Part shown: one piece after another, positions 48,167-58,701 of the stretch | Numbering within the stretch: the first letter of the stretch is position 1 | How the letters are laid out: every line of letters starts with the position of its first letter | Origin: a virus | IMG/VR virus record: IMGVR_UViG_3300028859_000013 | Coordinates: 47,324 to 111,323 of that record | Length of the DNA: 64,000 nucleotides | Strand: one strand, 5' to 3' | Made by a program: the position numbers and the translations under genes | The notes under the pieces: model-generated | What the model was told of the DNA's origin: nothing | Seen by the model: the letters and a program-made list of their open reading frames with translations, nothing else | Databases searched by the model: none

Positions 48167-49141
48167 TTAAATTTTAATATTATCAAGTAATATTTGTTCA
48201 AATCCATCTGGTAAATAATTACTACTCAATCTAGTTAATTTTCTTGAAAAAATTATATTTTCATTTACTCTTTCTTTAAAATTAACTTCTTTATTTTTTC
48301 TATAAATATAAAGAATATCACAAAGATTACTTATAAATTCATCAGAATCAAAGTCAATATCATCAGGAAATTTTAGTTTGTACATGGAATATACAGTATT
48401 TGATCCAGCATCACCAATACCTCTTGAATCTTCTTTGAATTTAACAACACTTAATATATTATCTCCTGAGTCTCCTGCAACCAATTTTTTAAAATAAGAT
48501 TCTTCTTTATTTACTGGAGAAATTTTAGCTTTACTAGTTATTTTATCAAAATAATTTATAAAATCCATATCATCATTTAGATCAAAAATATCACCTTCTG
48601 TTGTATCTTCTAGATTTTTTAAAAATATATTATAATTAATAGGTACATATAATTTTTCATCTTGAAACTTGTGATTATACATCATATTTATATAATTATT
48701 AGATATACTAAATTTTAATAATTGATGAAGGTCACCATCATTAGAAACTATTAGATTTGATATTCCTTCTTTATTTCCTTCATTAACAATATGAGCTATT
48801 AAATCATCACCTTCAAATGGATCTATTTGATATAAATAACAATTGCGTCTATTTTTTATACTTTCTTTAAATTTATCAAATGTATCAAATACAAATTCCC
48901 AATCAATTTCTAAATCCTTCTTTCTTTTACCTTTATATTCAGGATAAACATTTTTTCTCCAACTTCTTTTACTATCAGACACAAAATATATTTTATTGAA
49001 ATTATATGCATTTGTTAAATTATTAAAGTCATTTAATAAAAGTGTTTCTAAATCTCCGTAAAGTGTTTTTAATTTGTGTAGGATAAATACAGATCTATAC
49101 AACATGTAATTTCCATCTATACACAATGAGAGTGCTATCAT
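48167..49141 (-). CDS. rnh: RNase H / 5'-3' exonuclease (T4 rnh-like)
   Basis: IDGN, SWRK..YKGKR, EGDDLI, SNDGDL.QL, GDSGDNI. Confidence 0.9.
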   Translation of the reverse strand: MIALSLCIDGNYMLYRSVFILHKLKTLYGDLETLLLNDFNNLTNAYNFNKIYFVSDSKRSWRKNVYPEYKGKRKKDLEIDWEFVFDTFDKFKESIKNRRNCYLYQIDPFEGDDLIAHIVNEGNKEGISNLIVSNDGDLHQLLKFSISNNYINMMYNHKFQDEKLYVPINYNIFLKNLEDTTEGDIFDLNDDMDFINYFDKITSKAKISPVNKEESYFKKLVAGDSGDNILSVVKFKEDSRGIGDAGSNTVYSMYKLKFPDDIDFDSDEFISNLCDILYIYRKNKEVNFKERVNENIIFSRKLTRLSSNYLPDGFEQILLDNIKI

Positions 49142-49370
49142 ATTTTTATTTATTTTATCTTATATATTCATTTTATAAGTATTTGTTTAAAAAATGATAT
49201 TTAATTATTTATGAAAAATTAAATTTAGTAAAGAAAATGTCTGTATTATAGCAAGGTTATAATTTTATATTTATTATTGATAAAAAATATGATGAATTTT
49301 TAGAACTGATAAAAGTTAATATATAAATAAAATGATAATTGAATTATTAAAAAATTAAAAAATAGTTAAA

Positions 49371-50270
49371 ATGTTAAATATTATAAATTGGGATAATTTT
49401 ATATGTGAAAGAAATAGTTATAATAAATTGACCACAAATTTATCTAAAGTTATATTAAATGTAATAAACTACAATATTGGAAAATTGATATTGTATAAAA
49501 ATATATCGATAAAAAATTCTATAATTTTATCAGATGATATAAAATTTTCTGATGATATTATAAATATAAAAATATCAAATAGAAATTATGGAAATATGAA
49601 TCCTAATAGTATAATATTTAAAGAAAATGAAATAATCGGATTGATAATAAATTTAGAAATAATTTTAACTCAGAGTGAATTAACTTCTAAAAAAATATCA
49701 AACACTAATATAATTATTGATACAATTGAACATGAATGTCTACATATTATGGAAAGATATTTAACATATATGAACAATTCTGATTTTTCAAATTCTTGGA
49801 AAATGGGTGAACGTTTATATCAAATGAATGAAAAATATAAAAAATCTAAAATATGGAGTGATATATCACATATAATATATTTATCTATGCCACATGAAAT
49901 TAGGGCCAGACTTCAACAGCTAAATTCGTCATTAGAAAGAAATAATGTAAACGGTATAGAAAATTCAATAGATTTTATAAAAAATACAAAAATATATAAA
50001 GATATAGAATCTTTATCTAATATAAATTCTAAATTAGTATTAAAAGAATTAAAAAATGATTCAAATTATAATGATATTATTAAAGATTTTAGTATTATAT
50101 TTTTAAATAATACTAAAATAGATTATGAAAAAAATTTTATAGATTATTTAAATATAATTACAAAAAAAAATAAAAAATTAATAGAAAAATTATTAAAAAT
50201 TTCTTATAATTTTGAAAATTGTGAATATCCAGATATAGATATTGATTATAGTAAATATATGATAAAATAA
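49371..50270 (+). CDS. HExxH metallopeptidase-like protein
   Basis: HECLH..YLSMPHEIRAR; paralog of 60598-61491. Confidence 0.65.
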   Translation: MLNIINWDNFICERNSYNKLTTNLSKVILNVINYNIGKLILYKNISIKNSIILSDDIKFSDDIINIKISNRNYGNMNPNSIIFKENEIIGLIINLEIILTQSELTSKKISNTNIIIDTIEHECLHIMERYLTYMNNSDFSNSWKMGERLYQMNEKYKKSKIWSDISHIIYLSMPHEIRARLQQLNSSLERNNVNGIENSIDFIKNTKIYKDIESLSNINSKLVLKELKNDSNYNDIIKDFSIIFLNNTKIDYEKNFIDYLNIITKKNKKLIEKLLKISYNFENCEYPDIDIDYSKYMIK

Positions 50271-50316
50271 AAAATGTAATATATTGAATTACAATATAAT
50301 TACACTTTTTAATTAT

Positions 50317-50601
50317 TTAGTTGACAATATATGTCATATGACTAGCATGTGGTATATTATCAGAACCAATATATGTATAATATACTTCAATTGATTCTAA
50401 TTCATTTGGTAATCTTTCAACTTTTCCGCTGGTTTCATTAATTTTCATATTCTCTTTATATAAAAATTTAATTGCAGGCTCTTCACCTAATACGCTTTTC
50501 AATCCAAATTTTATATCTTTGGCTCCAGCATGAGTTAAATCTATATTATGATAAATATAGTCATTAATAACTTTTTCTTTAAACGCTTTTATATCATCCA
50601 T
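50317..50601 (-). CDS. hypothetical protein
   Basis: 94 aa ORF. Confidence 0.7.
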   Translation of the reverse strand: MDDIKAFKEKVINDYIYHNIDLTHAGAKDIKFGLKSVLGEEPAIKFLYKENMKINETSGKVERLPNELESIEVYYTYIGSDNIPHASHMTYIVN

Positions 50602-50602
50602 A

Positions 50603-51104
50603 TTATTTTATTATTTTTTCTATATATTTTAATTTACTTTTTCTAAATGAAATATTTATTTTATCTAACTTAGATATTCTATCATCTTTAAGTTTTTTTA
50701 TTGGATCCCAATAATCATATACAAAATCCATGTATAATAAAGATGTGCATGGAGAAGACATTGGCATAACTGATACTAATCCATCAAATTCTTCATCATC
50801 TGGTAATACTACATTAGGTTCTTCTCCTTTAAGTTCTTTAAGTTTATTTATTCTATCTTCTTTTAATTGTTTTTTTTTTTGATTTTCTCATTCCTCCTCC
50901 AGCAAGTGTGTAAGACATTATTCTTTGAGCAATAGGAAATGTAATTGAACTAAAATTAGTTCTATTATAATCATTTGCATTAAGCTCATCTTGAATAGAA
51001 TTTATATTTTTACTGCTCATTGATGATAAATCTGTGATATTTTCATTAGTCAATTTACCCATTATTGAACTCCATTTTTCTATTATTTTTTCTTTTTCTA
51101 TCAT
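50603..51104 (-). pseudogene. major-capsid N-terminus-like gene frameshifted in an A11 run
   Basis: IIEKW..FPIAQRI..[shift at 50870-80]..LVSVMPMSSP..LLYMDFVY. Confidence 0.6.
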
Positions 51105-51118
51105 TTAAATTATTATTT

Positions 51119-51577
51119 TTAATAACTAATATTTTCTGTTATTATTTTTATATTATTAATATCATCTTTCAAACAACTAAGATAAGTTTTAATTTTAATA
51201 TTTTCAATCATTAATGATTTAATAAATTTACCGTTATTTGTATCTAAAATTATAATTTTAATAATAACATTATATAATTCTTTTATTTCTTCTCCTTTTA
51301 ACTTTTTCAATTTCAATTTTCTAATATGACATAAATTAATATCAATATCTTTAATAATATGAGATATATTAAGTAAATTAATTTGATGATCAATATCATC
51401 TTTAGTTACTACTTCACCATAAATATAAGCATCATTATTTATTATATTATTTTTTATGTTATTCAAAGATTTTAATGACTCATTATCTAATGAGTATTTA
51501 GATTCTATTATATATTCATTATTAATTATATAATATTTAGATGAAATATCATTAATTCTATATAAAAAGTTTGGCAT
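51119..51577 (-). CDS. degenerate prohead protease (gp21)-like paralog
   Basis: YGEV..INLLNISHII..ILDTNNGKFIKSL; no GELxHP His or SSRG Ser. Confidence 0.55.
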   Translation of the reverse strand: MPNFLYRINDISSKYYIINNEYIIESKYSLDNESLKSLNNIKNNIINNDAYIYGEVVTKDDIDHQINLLNISHIIKDIDINLCHIRKLKLKKLKGEEIKELYNVIIKIIILDTNNGKFIKSLMIENIKIKTYLSCLKDDINNIKIITENISY

Positions 51578-51579
51578 TG

Positions 51580-52521
51580 TTAAATCTTTAAATTCGTTTT
51601 TATGTCAGTTACATAAGATATTAAATGAATAATAGGATCAATTGTCTCTGTATATCTTTCATTATAAGATCGTTGAACATTTATAAGTGATGCTCCAATT
51701 TTTATAATATTTGAATTGTCAATTAACATTAATCTATTAAAAAGAGGTCTACCAAGAGCTTTCATTAATTCTAATGGATTATCTTGAAAATTATTTAGAA
51801 CAAAATTATAGTTATCTTCAATATTATTTCTACCATCAAGCATAAATTCAAAAATTGCATCATAACTAGAAGAACTTATTGATTTAAATTGATCTGTATT
51901 TTTAGTAATAAATACTTCTTGTAATTTTTGTGTTGCACTTCTTAAATCAGGAAAACTAATCATGATTATTTTCTTTATTTCATCATCAGAAATATTCATT
52001 TTATTTTTTTCTGATATCGCTTTCAAATATTTAAGATACATAACTTGCAAATATTCTTCTTCCTCTTTATTTTTAGGATTAAAATCTACTTTCATAAATC
52101 TTGATAATATTTTATCATCAATATCTTGAATATAATTAGTAGTAAGTATAAATCTTACATGCTGATATGTATCTGAAAAACCTTTCATTGCTTTTTTATA
52201 TTCTGTAGATACACCATCAAATTCATCTAAAAATATAGTTTTTTGAGCATTTTTCATAAAAGGATTTAAACTTTTACAATGAGTTTGCAATTGATCTCTT
52301 AATATATTAACACTTGTATCTTTTGATGCATTAAATTCAATATTATCTGTTTCTTTACATAATATTCTGGCTAATGTGGTTTTTCCTGTTCCTGGAGTAT
52401 CACTATAAAATATCATATTAGCGATTAAACCATTCTCAATCAATTTTCTAACTCTTGGTAATAATATAATTGTTTTTAAGCTTTTAGGTTGGTATTTATA
52501 CCAGAACATATCATTTTTCAT
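51580..52521 (-). CDS. clamp loader AAA+ subunit (gp44/RFC-like)
   Basis: KYQPK, PGTGKTT, NAS, LDEFD, ILSRF, PDLR. Confidence 0.92.
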   Translation of the reverse strand: MKNDMFWYKYQPKSLKTIILLPRVRKLIENGLIANMIFYSDTPGTGKTTLARILCKETDNIEFNASKDTSVNILRDQLQTHCKSLNPFMKNAQKTIFLDEFDGVSTEYKKAMKGFSDTYQHVRFILTTNYIQDIDDKILSRFMKVDFNPKNKEEEEYLQVMYLKYLKAISEKNKMNISDDEIKKIIMISFPDLRSATQKLQEVFITKNTDQFKSISSSSYDAIFEFMLDGRNNIEDNYNFVLNNFQDNPLELMKALGRPLFNRLMLIDNSNIIKIGASLINVQRSYNERYTETIDPIIHLISYVTDIKTNLKI

Positions 52522-52695
52522 ATATTTATAATTTATAATTTATGAATATTATAGAATTAAATATTCAGAATGTTTGAAAAAAATATATCATTTGAATTAT
52601 TTTATATTTTAATAAAATTATTATTGATAAAATAATAAATTGTTTATTTAAATACTAATTATTTTTATATATATGGAATAAAAATAAAATTATAC

Positions 52696-53529
52696 ATGAA
52701 TATAGATAATACATACAATTATGATGATAATTTTGTAAGAATGTCTACTGTTGCATTGGCAAAGGCATTAGGTACTAAAATAAGATGGATAAATCATTAT
52801 AGTGATGGTAGAAAAATAAGAGTGTTGATACCATTTTATACATCATTTGCAGGTCAAGAAAGATTTATGATAGATGCATTTGTAGATGATGTCACTACAA
52901 CAAGAGTTGAATTAAATACAGATCAAAAACAAAGAGGTACAATAATATTTAAGGGAGGTTCACAAAGAGATGATGAATTTGCAAATCCTAATCAATATTT
53001 ATCTAAAGAGAGTAAAATTAATGATAAATTTAGAAGCGTTATAAGTCGTACAAAAGCAGTTCCAATTTCTCTTAGCTATGAGATTAATATTAGATTAGAT
53101 ACTGAATTAGAAGCTGATATTTGTTATACTAAATTATTAGATACATTATATAATTATAGATTTTTTAGTATAAGTTATTTTGGACTTAAAATCGATTCTT
53201 TTTTTAAATTACCATCTGACGGAGGAATTGATATTCCAAGAGATATAAATTTAGCATCTGATGATACAATAAATATGAAATTTACATTAGAAGTTATAAC
53301 GTATTATCCTGTGTTTACTGTTAATACCGATGATTACGAAATATGTGATAATGATGATTCAATAGATTGGACTTTTCTTGGTGTTGATAAACCTACTGAA
53401 GATAGTAAATCTAAAAATGAATTAAAAAGAGCATATTGGTATAATAATTTGCTTGATAATAGAACAAAAGATGAAATAATTAAAGAAAAAGAAGATAATA
53501 GAGACAATGAAATAAATAATATGGAGTAA
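52696..53529 (+). CDS. tail sheath stabilizer/terminator (gp15-like)
   Basis: IPFY..ERF, AVPISLSYE, FTLEV.TYYP. Confidence 0.6.
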   Translation: MNIDNTYNYDDNFVRMSTVALAKALGTKIRWINHYSDGRKIRVLIPFYTSFAGQERFMIDAFVDDVTTTRVELNTDQKQRGTIIFKGGSQRDDEFANPNQYLSKESKINDKFRSVISRTKAVPISLSYEINIRLDTELEADICYTKLLDTLYNYRFFSISYFGLKIDSFFKLPSDGGIDIPRDINLASDDTINMKFTLEVITYYPVFTVNTDDYEICDNDDSIDWTFLGVDKPTEDSKSKNELKRAYWYNNLLDNRTKDEIIKEKEDNRDNEINNME

Positions 53530-53552
53530 AATAAAAAATCATAACTTATAAG

Positions 53553-53765
53553 TTATGATTTTTTTATAGTTCTCATTTTTATAAAAGGCTTATTATTAAT
53601 AGTTATATCCCCTTTTTTATTTACATTTATAGAACTAACTTTTATTTTCTTATTTTTAAATCTACCAGATAATATATCATCTCCAATTTTTATTTTCATT
53701 TTAGATTTACCATCAAGAGATATATTCAAATTTGAATAATCTTCATATGTCTTTATAAATTTCAT
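53553..53765 (-). CDS. small CTS-like protein
   Basis: MKFIKTYEDY; IGDDILSGRFKNK. Confidence 0.7.
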   Translation of the reverse strand: MKFIKTYEDYSNLNISLDGKSKMKIKIGDDILSGRFKNKKIKVSSINVNKKGDITINNKPFIKMRTIKKS

Positions 53766-53912
53766 AAAAATTATTTATTTTTTATTATATATAAATAAAA
53801 TAATTTAAATTTATTTTTGTCAAAAAATGAGTTTTTTTAATTAATATATAATCTCAGAAAACATATAAAAATCATTAAAAGATGCAACATAAAAACATAA
53901 TAAATTAAAAAC

Positions 53913-54125
53913 ATGAATAAATTAAAAAAGTTCGAAAATTACAATAATAATAATTGTAATGCAAATTTGACAATTTTGCATTGGAAGTCTGGAATATATA
54001 GACTTTTGATAAAATTGATTTCATTATCTGGAGATGAATACTATGCCGATGGTGTTCAATTAAAGGAATCCGACGCTAAAAAATTAATTAATGAGTTTGG
54101 AGCACAGATTGAAGAAAGATATTAA
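53913..54125 (+). CDS. small CTS-like protein
   Basis: MNKLKKFENY. Confidence 0.65.
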   Translation: MNKLKKFENYNNNNCNANLTILHWKSGIYRLLIKLISLSGDEYYADGVQLKESDAKKLINEFGAQIEERY

Positions 54126-54153
54126 TAAAAAATAAAAAATAAAAAATAAAAAT

Positions 54154-55440
54154 ATGAAAAATTTAAAGTATGATTTATTCAATTTCAAAAAGGAATTACC
54201 TATTGAAGATTATGAATTAAATATGATTGTTGAAAGATACATCAGCAATTATGATAGTTATTCTGAAAAAGAACTTGTAAGTTCTTTAAAAGAAACTTTA
54301 GCAGGATATGCTTGGGACACTAAAGTTAAAAAATTAGTTGAATCTTTACAAGATGAAATTAAAAGTGAACCTATAAATTACAACTTGAAAGATTTATATA
54401 AAAAAATTGAAAGAAAAAATTATGGACAAATGTATCGTCCAGCATTAAACTCAATTCTTAATATTATAAATATTCAAGATAATGATTCAAAAATGAGTAC
54501 AATATTAAATGAATTGGTTATTCATGATTGGATTCCTGAAGTTAAAATGTTTTTATCTGGTTATATGAATAATCCTATTCAAAGACAAAATTTAGTAAAC
54601 TCAGGTAAAGCTTCAAAGGTATTTACATTAGTAGAAAAAACAAATGATGGAAATTTGGTATTTATGAAAGATCGTTGGTTTTTAATAGGACAAGATGATA
54701 TTAAACAAACACTTTTAGAAAATCATATCACAGACATCGAAAAAATTAGAGAATTTAGAATTTTAGAGAAAGTTATGACAATTGGAGATATCAAAGAAGA
54801 TAAAATATCATTTAGATTAGATGAAAATTTAGTTTTAAGCATTTCAACAAAATCTGATAAAGACGTATTCTTAAATGAAGAAAAATTAGATAAAGAAACT
54901 ACATTAGAAAATTTATTTAATTCTAAAATTATTCCTTGGTTGAAAAAAGATTTTTATGTATTATCAACTACAACAGCTCAAAATTTGGATAAATTTGTTG
55001 ACCTAGATATAGCATTAAAAGTAGAAAATGTACTACATCCACAATTAGAATCTTATGTTATAAATTATAAAGATAAATTATATACATATAATAATGACGC
55101 TAGAACAGGATCAGCTTTCTATGAATATAATTCACCAAATGATTTAATTAACGATGTTCAAAGAGAACTAGATTATGATTTGACAGGATTCTTAGAAAAT
55201 AAACTTTCAAAAGAAGTTAAACATTTAAGAACATTAGAAGATAAAGAAATGGAAATAAAAGAATCAATTAAAGAAATCGATAAAGGCTTAGAATTATTAA
55301 AAGAAAATGAAGTATTAGTAAATGAAGATAAAGCATTGAAAGAAACATTTAATCAATTATTAGTATCTAAACATGAATTGTATGAAAATTTGAAATCTGT
55401 TACTGATGATAAAGTTAAAGCAAAAAGAATGATTATATAA
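54154..55440 (+). CDS. probable head-morphogenesis protein (function unknown)
   Basis: 428 aa, C-terminal coiled coil, late-gene context. Confidence 0.6.
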   Translation: MKNLKYDLFNFKKELPIEDYELNMIVERYISNYDSYSEKELVSSLKETLAGYAWDTKVKKLVESLQDEIKSEPINYNLKDLYKKIERKNYGQMYRPALNSILNIINIQDNDSKMSTILNELVIHDWIPEVKMFLSGYMNNPIQRQNLVNSGKASKVFTLVEKTNDGNLVFMKDRWFLIGQDDIKQTLLENHITDIEKIREFRILEKVMTIGDIKEDKISFRLDENLVLSISTKSDKDVFLNEEKLDKETTLENLFNSKIIPWLKKDFYVLSTTTAQNLDKFVDLDIALKVENVLHPQLESYVINYKDKLYTYNNDARTGSAFYEYNSPNDLINDVQRELDYDLTGFLENKLSKEVKHLRTLEDKEMEIKESIKEIDKGLELLKENEVLVNEDKALKETFNQLLVSKHELYENLKSVTDDKVKAKRMII

Positions 55441-55602
55441 TTATTGTAAATGAGCAAATTAAAAAAAGATATCACAATTTGTGATATCTTTTTTAATAAA
55501 TATTCAAATTTATTAAACTTTTATTAAACTTTTCATTATTAGAAACCTATAAAATTTAACTTATATATAGAATATAATTAAAAGTGAAAATAATTAAATA
55601 AT

Positions 55603-56664
55603 ATGTCAAGACCAAAACCTGCAAATTTATCAACACCAAAACCGGCAAATTTAATATGGACAAAGGAAGAATGTAAGAACGAAGCATTAAAATATATTTA
55701 TAAAAAAGATTTTATAAAACAATCATATGGTTCATATCAAGCATCACTTAGAAATAAATGGATAGATGAAATTTGTTCTCATATGATACCATTAGGAAAT
55801 AAATATAACAGATTAATTTATAGAATTATATTTCCAGATAATGTTTGTTATGTTGGATTAACTAATGATTTTGATAGAAGAATATATGAGCATTTAAATA
55901 AAAAAGGTACAGTATATTCTTATATATACAAAATAAAATTATTACCTATTAATATTGAAAAATTAACTGATTATATACCAATCACAGAAGCTAAAATACA
56001 AGAAGAATATTGGAAATGCAAATCAGAAGATGATGGATATATATGTTTAAATATTGCTAAAACTGGAGGTGTAGGTGCAAATAATCTAAAATGGAATAAA
56101 TATGAATGTCAAAATGTAGCTAATAAATATAATACAAAAATTGATTTTATAACAAACGAAAGTTCAGCTTATAATTCTGCTAGAAAATATGGTTGGCTAG
56201 ATGAAATTTGTTCTCATATGATAGCATTACATATTAATTGGACTAAAGATGATTGTAAAAATGAAGCATTAAAATATAATCATAGGGGAGAATTTTCAAA
56301 AAATAATCGTATTATATGGGGATTTGCACAAAAACATAATTGGCTAGATGAAATTTGTTCTCATATGACACTGAAGCATAATAGTTATAGTAAAGATGAT
56401 TGCAAAATAGAAGCATTAAAATATAATAGTAGAAATGAATTTAAAAAAAATAATAATAGTATGTGGCAATGTTCTAATAGGTATAAATGGACAGATGAAA
56501 TTTGTTCACATATGATACCATTAAGGCATACTTGGACCATAGAAGAATGTAAAAATGAAGCAAAAAAATATAAAAACATAACAGCATTTGCAATAAAAAA
56601 TCATAATATGTATGAATTTGCAAGAAAAAGAAAATGGATTGATGAAATATTCAATAAAAAATAA
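55603..56664 (+). CDS. GIY-YIG homing endonuclease with helical repeats
   Basis: LIYRI..CYVGLT; repeats WT..ECKNEALKY..WLDEICSHM. Confidence 0.8.
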   Translation: MSRPKPANLSTPKPANLIWTKEECKNEALKYIYKKDFIKQSYGSYQASLRNKWIDEICSHMIPLGNKYNRLIYRIIFPDNVCYVGLTNDFDRRIYEHLNKKGTVYSYIYKIKLLPINIEKLTDYIPITEAKIQEEYWKCKSEDDGYICLNIAKTGGVGANNLKWNKYECQNVANKYNTKIDFITNESSAYNSARKYGWLDEICSHMIALHINWTKDDCKNEALKYNHRGEFSKNNRIIWGFAQKHNWLDEICSHMTLKHNSYSKDDCKIEALKYNSRNEFKKNNNSMWQCSNRYKWTDEICSHMIPLRHTWTIEECKNEAKKYKNITAFAIKNHNMYEFARKRKWIDEIFNKK

Positions 56665-56674
56665 TTAAATATGA

Positions 56675-57049
56675 ATGGCAAGATACATTAATGATACGGA
56701 TTTCTATTATGAGGTTTTAATTAGCAAAGGCAAAGGAAAATTAACTAGAAAAGCTGAAAATATGATTATACTAATAGGAGAAGAAATGATCAAAAAATTT
56801 GAAAGAAAGTATAAAACTTCAGATGATAAATATGATTGTATGCAGCAGGGCATAATGATGATGCTGCTAAACTGGAATTTATTTAATGAAAAAAAATATT
56901 CATCAGCGTTTCCATATTTTTCGGAGATTTGCAAGCGTGGAATAGCAGGTGGTTTAAATGTAATTTATCAGAAGAAAAACAATCAAGACATGCCTAAAAT
57001 GATAAGTTTAAGTAGTGCAAATGATGGCAAAGGTCTTCATAATATTTAA
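56675..57049 (+). CDS. late transcription sigma factor (gp55-like)
   Basis: YIND.DF..; FNEKKYSSAFPYFSEI resembles F.PEKS.N.FAYFTQI. Confidence 0.7.
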   Translation: MARYINDTDFYYEVLISKGKGKLTRKAENMIILIGEEMIKKFERKYKTSDDKYDCMQQGIMMMLLNWNLFNEKKYSSAFPYFSEICKRGIAGGLNVIYQKKNNQDMPKMISLSSANDGKGLHNI

Positions 57050-57077
57050 AAAATATTTAAAAAATAATATATACAAT

Positions 57078-57341
57078 ATGGCACTAAGAGATTGGGTCAG
57101 AAATGACGGATTAATTAATTCAACTCCAGGACCCTCAAATTCATATAGAGGAGATGAAGAATTTATAATGTTAGTTAGAGATATTCAATTCCAAGATATT
57201 CAGACTGGAGCATATAATAAATTTCCAACATTATATGATGTTGCACAAGCAAACGGCGGTAGAAATTATATTAATGTAACAGATAACACTAAACTTGTTC
57301 AAGATCCTCCTAATTTGAATGCATTAAGAAATAGATATTAA
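57078..57341 (+). CDS. hypothetical protein
   Basis: likely start MALRDWVR after TATATA element. Confidence 0.65.
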   Translation: MALRDWVRNDGLINSTPGPSNSYRGDEEFIMLVRDIQFQDIQTGAYNKFPTLYDVAQANGGRNYINVTDNTKLVQDPPNLNALRNRY

Positions 57342-57344
57342 ATT

Positions 57345-57872
57345 ATGGGAGCAAATAACGCATCATTTGGGAATCGCAGGACCAAGAAAGGGAAAAACAA
57401 ATATATTCAAGGTCTTTATAATATTGAAAATGAAGAAAAATACATTGGAATTATGCCAATAAAATATTTTAGTTCATGGGAATTAGGATTTTGTAGATTT
57501 TGTGATTTGAATGATAGAGTTTTAAAATGGAGTTCAGAGAGTTTAGAAATTCCATATCAAATAAAAAATAGTTTAGGTATTATAGAAACTCATCGTTATT
57601 ATCCAGATTTTTATATAGAAATGATAGATAATAATGATCCAGAAAGATATGATAGATTTGTGATTGAAATTAAGCCAAAGCACGAAACAGAACCACCTAA
57701 ACAACCACAAAGAGAAACATTAAAAACACTAGAAACGTATCAATATTCTTTAACAGCATATAAGAAAAATATTCATAAATGGCATTTCACAAAAGATTGG
57801 TGTGATAGACATAGTTTGAAGTTTATAATAATTTCAGAAGATGATTTGAAAAAATATGGAATAATAAAATGA
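57345..57872 (+). CDS. head completion nuclease (gp4-like)
   Basis: N.EKY.G, SSWE, WSSE..IPY, HRYYPDF, IEIKP, KW.. Confidence 0.9.
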   Translation: MGANNASFGNRRTKKGKNKYIQGLYNIENEEKYIGIMPIKYFSSWELGFCRFCDLNDRVLKWSSESLEIPYQIKNSLGIIETHRYYPDFYIEMIDNNDPERYDRFVIEIKPKHETEPPKQPQRETLKTLETYQYSLTAYKKNIHKWHFTKDWCDRHSLKFIIISEDDLKKYGIIK

Positions 57873-58639
57873 GTAAAATGTCATTCACTGAAGAACTTAA
57901 AGCATTATTTGGGCAATATAATCAAAATATTAGTTTAATTAGAAAAGAATCTACAGAAGAAATATTTAGTTATATTATACGAAATCCAAATAAACAAATA
58001 AGACCAACCACATTAGGAAATATTCAAATTGGTAAATTTTATATAATTAAATATAATTATAATGGAAATAAATTATGGTGTCCTATTTTAACTATTCCAC
58101 CGTTAGCAAATTCTAATGAACTTGGAATATTAGAAAGTCAATTAAAAATTGTTAACATTAAAAAAATTTTATATGCAATAAATTTTGATTATTTACCATT
58201 ATTATATAAAGCAAAATTAATAGATGCTATAATACAAACAAATTCAGATAGATACGATAAAAATTCTGATAAAATATCACAAGGTGATGTTGTAAATAAT
58301 GAATTTAATTTTAATATAAAATGGATTTATGAATATTTGAAAATAAATGGAAAAAAGAATTATTCCATAACAGCATATGATATATCAAAAATTGAACATG
58401 TGTATCAAGTATCTTCTACAATTCTACAAAGATTTGTTTTTTTAGATACATATAAAATAAATAATAATTTAATGTATGATACATTGAATAAGATTATAAA
58501 TGATAAACTTAAAGGAGAATTTTCAGATAAAATAATAATGTATGAAGAAATATTGAAATTATATGAAAAAGATATAGAAAAATTTTATACTTCACTTAGA
58601 AATTTTGAAAAAAATTTAAAATTAATAGAAAAAATGTAG
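57869..58639 (+). CDS. DNA end protector (gp2-like)
   Basis: GKFY..Y, INFDYLP; synteny with gp4. Confidence 0.55.
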   Translation: MSKMSFTEELKALFGQYNQNISLIRKESTEEIFSYIIRNPNKQIRPTTLGNIQIGKFYIIKYNYNGNKLWCPILTIPPLANSNELGILESQLKIVNIKKILYAINFDYLPLLYKAKLIDAIIQTNSDRYDKNSDKISQGDVVNNEFNFNIKWIYEYLKINGKKNYSITAYDISKIEHVYQVSSTILQRFVFLDTYKINNNLMYDTLNKIINDKLKGEFSDKIIMYEEILKLYEKDIEKFYTSLRNFEKNLKLIEKM

Positions 58640-58701
58640 AATAAATAAATTTAAAATGAACATACGCAATTTTATATATAATAAAAATTAATAAATAAAC
58701 A

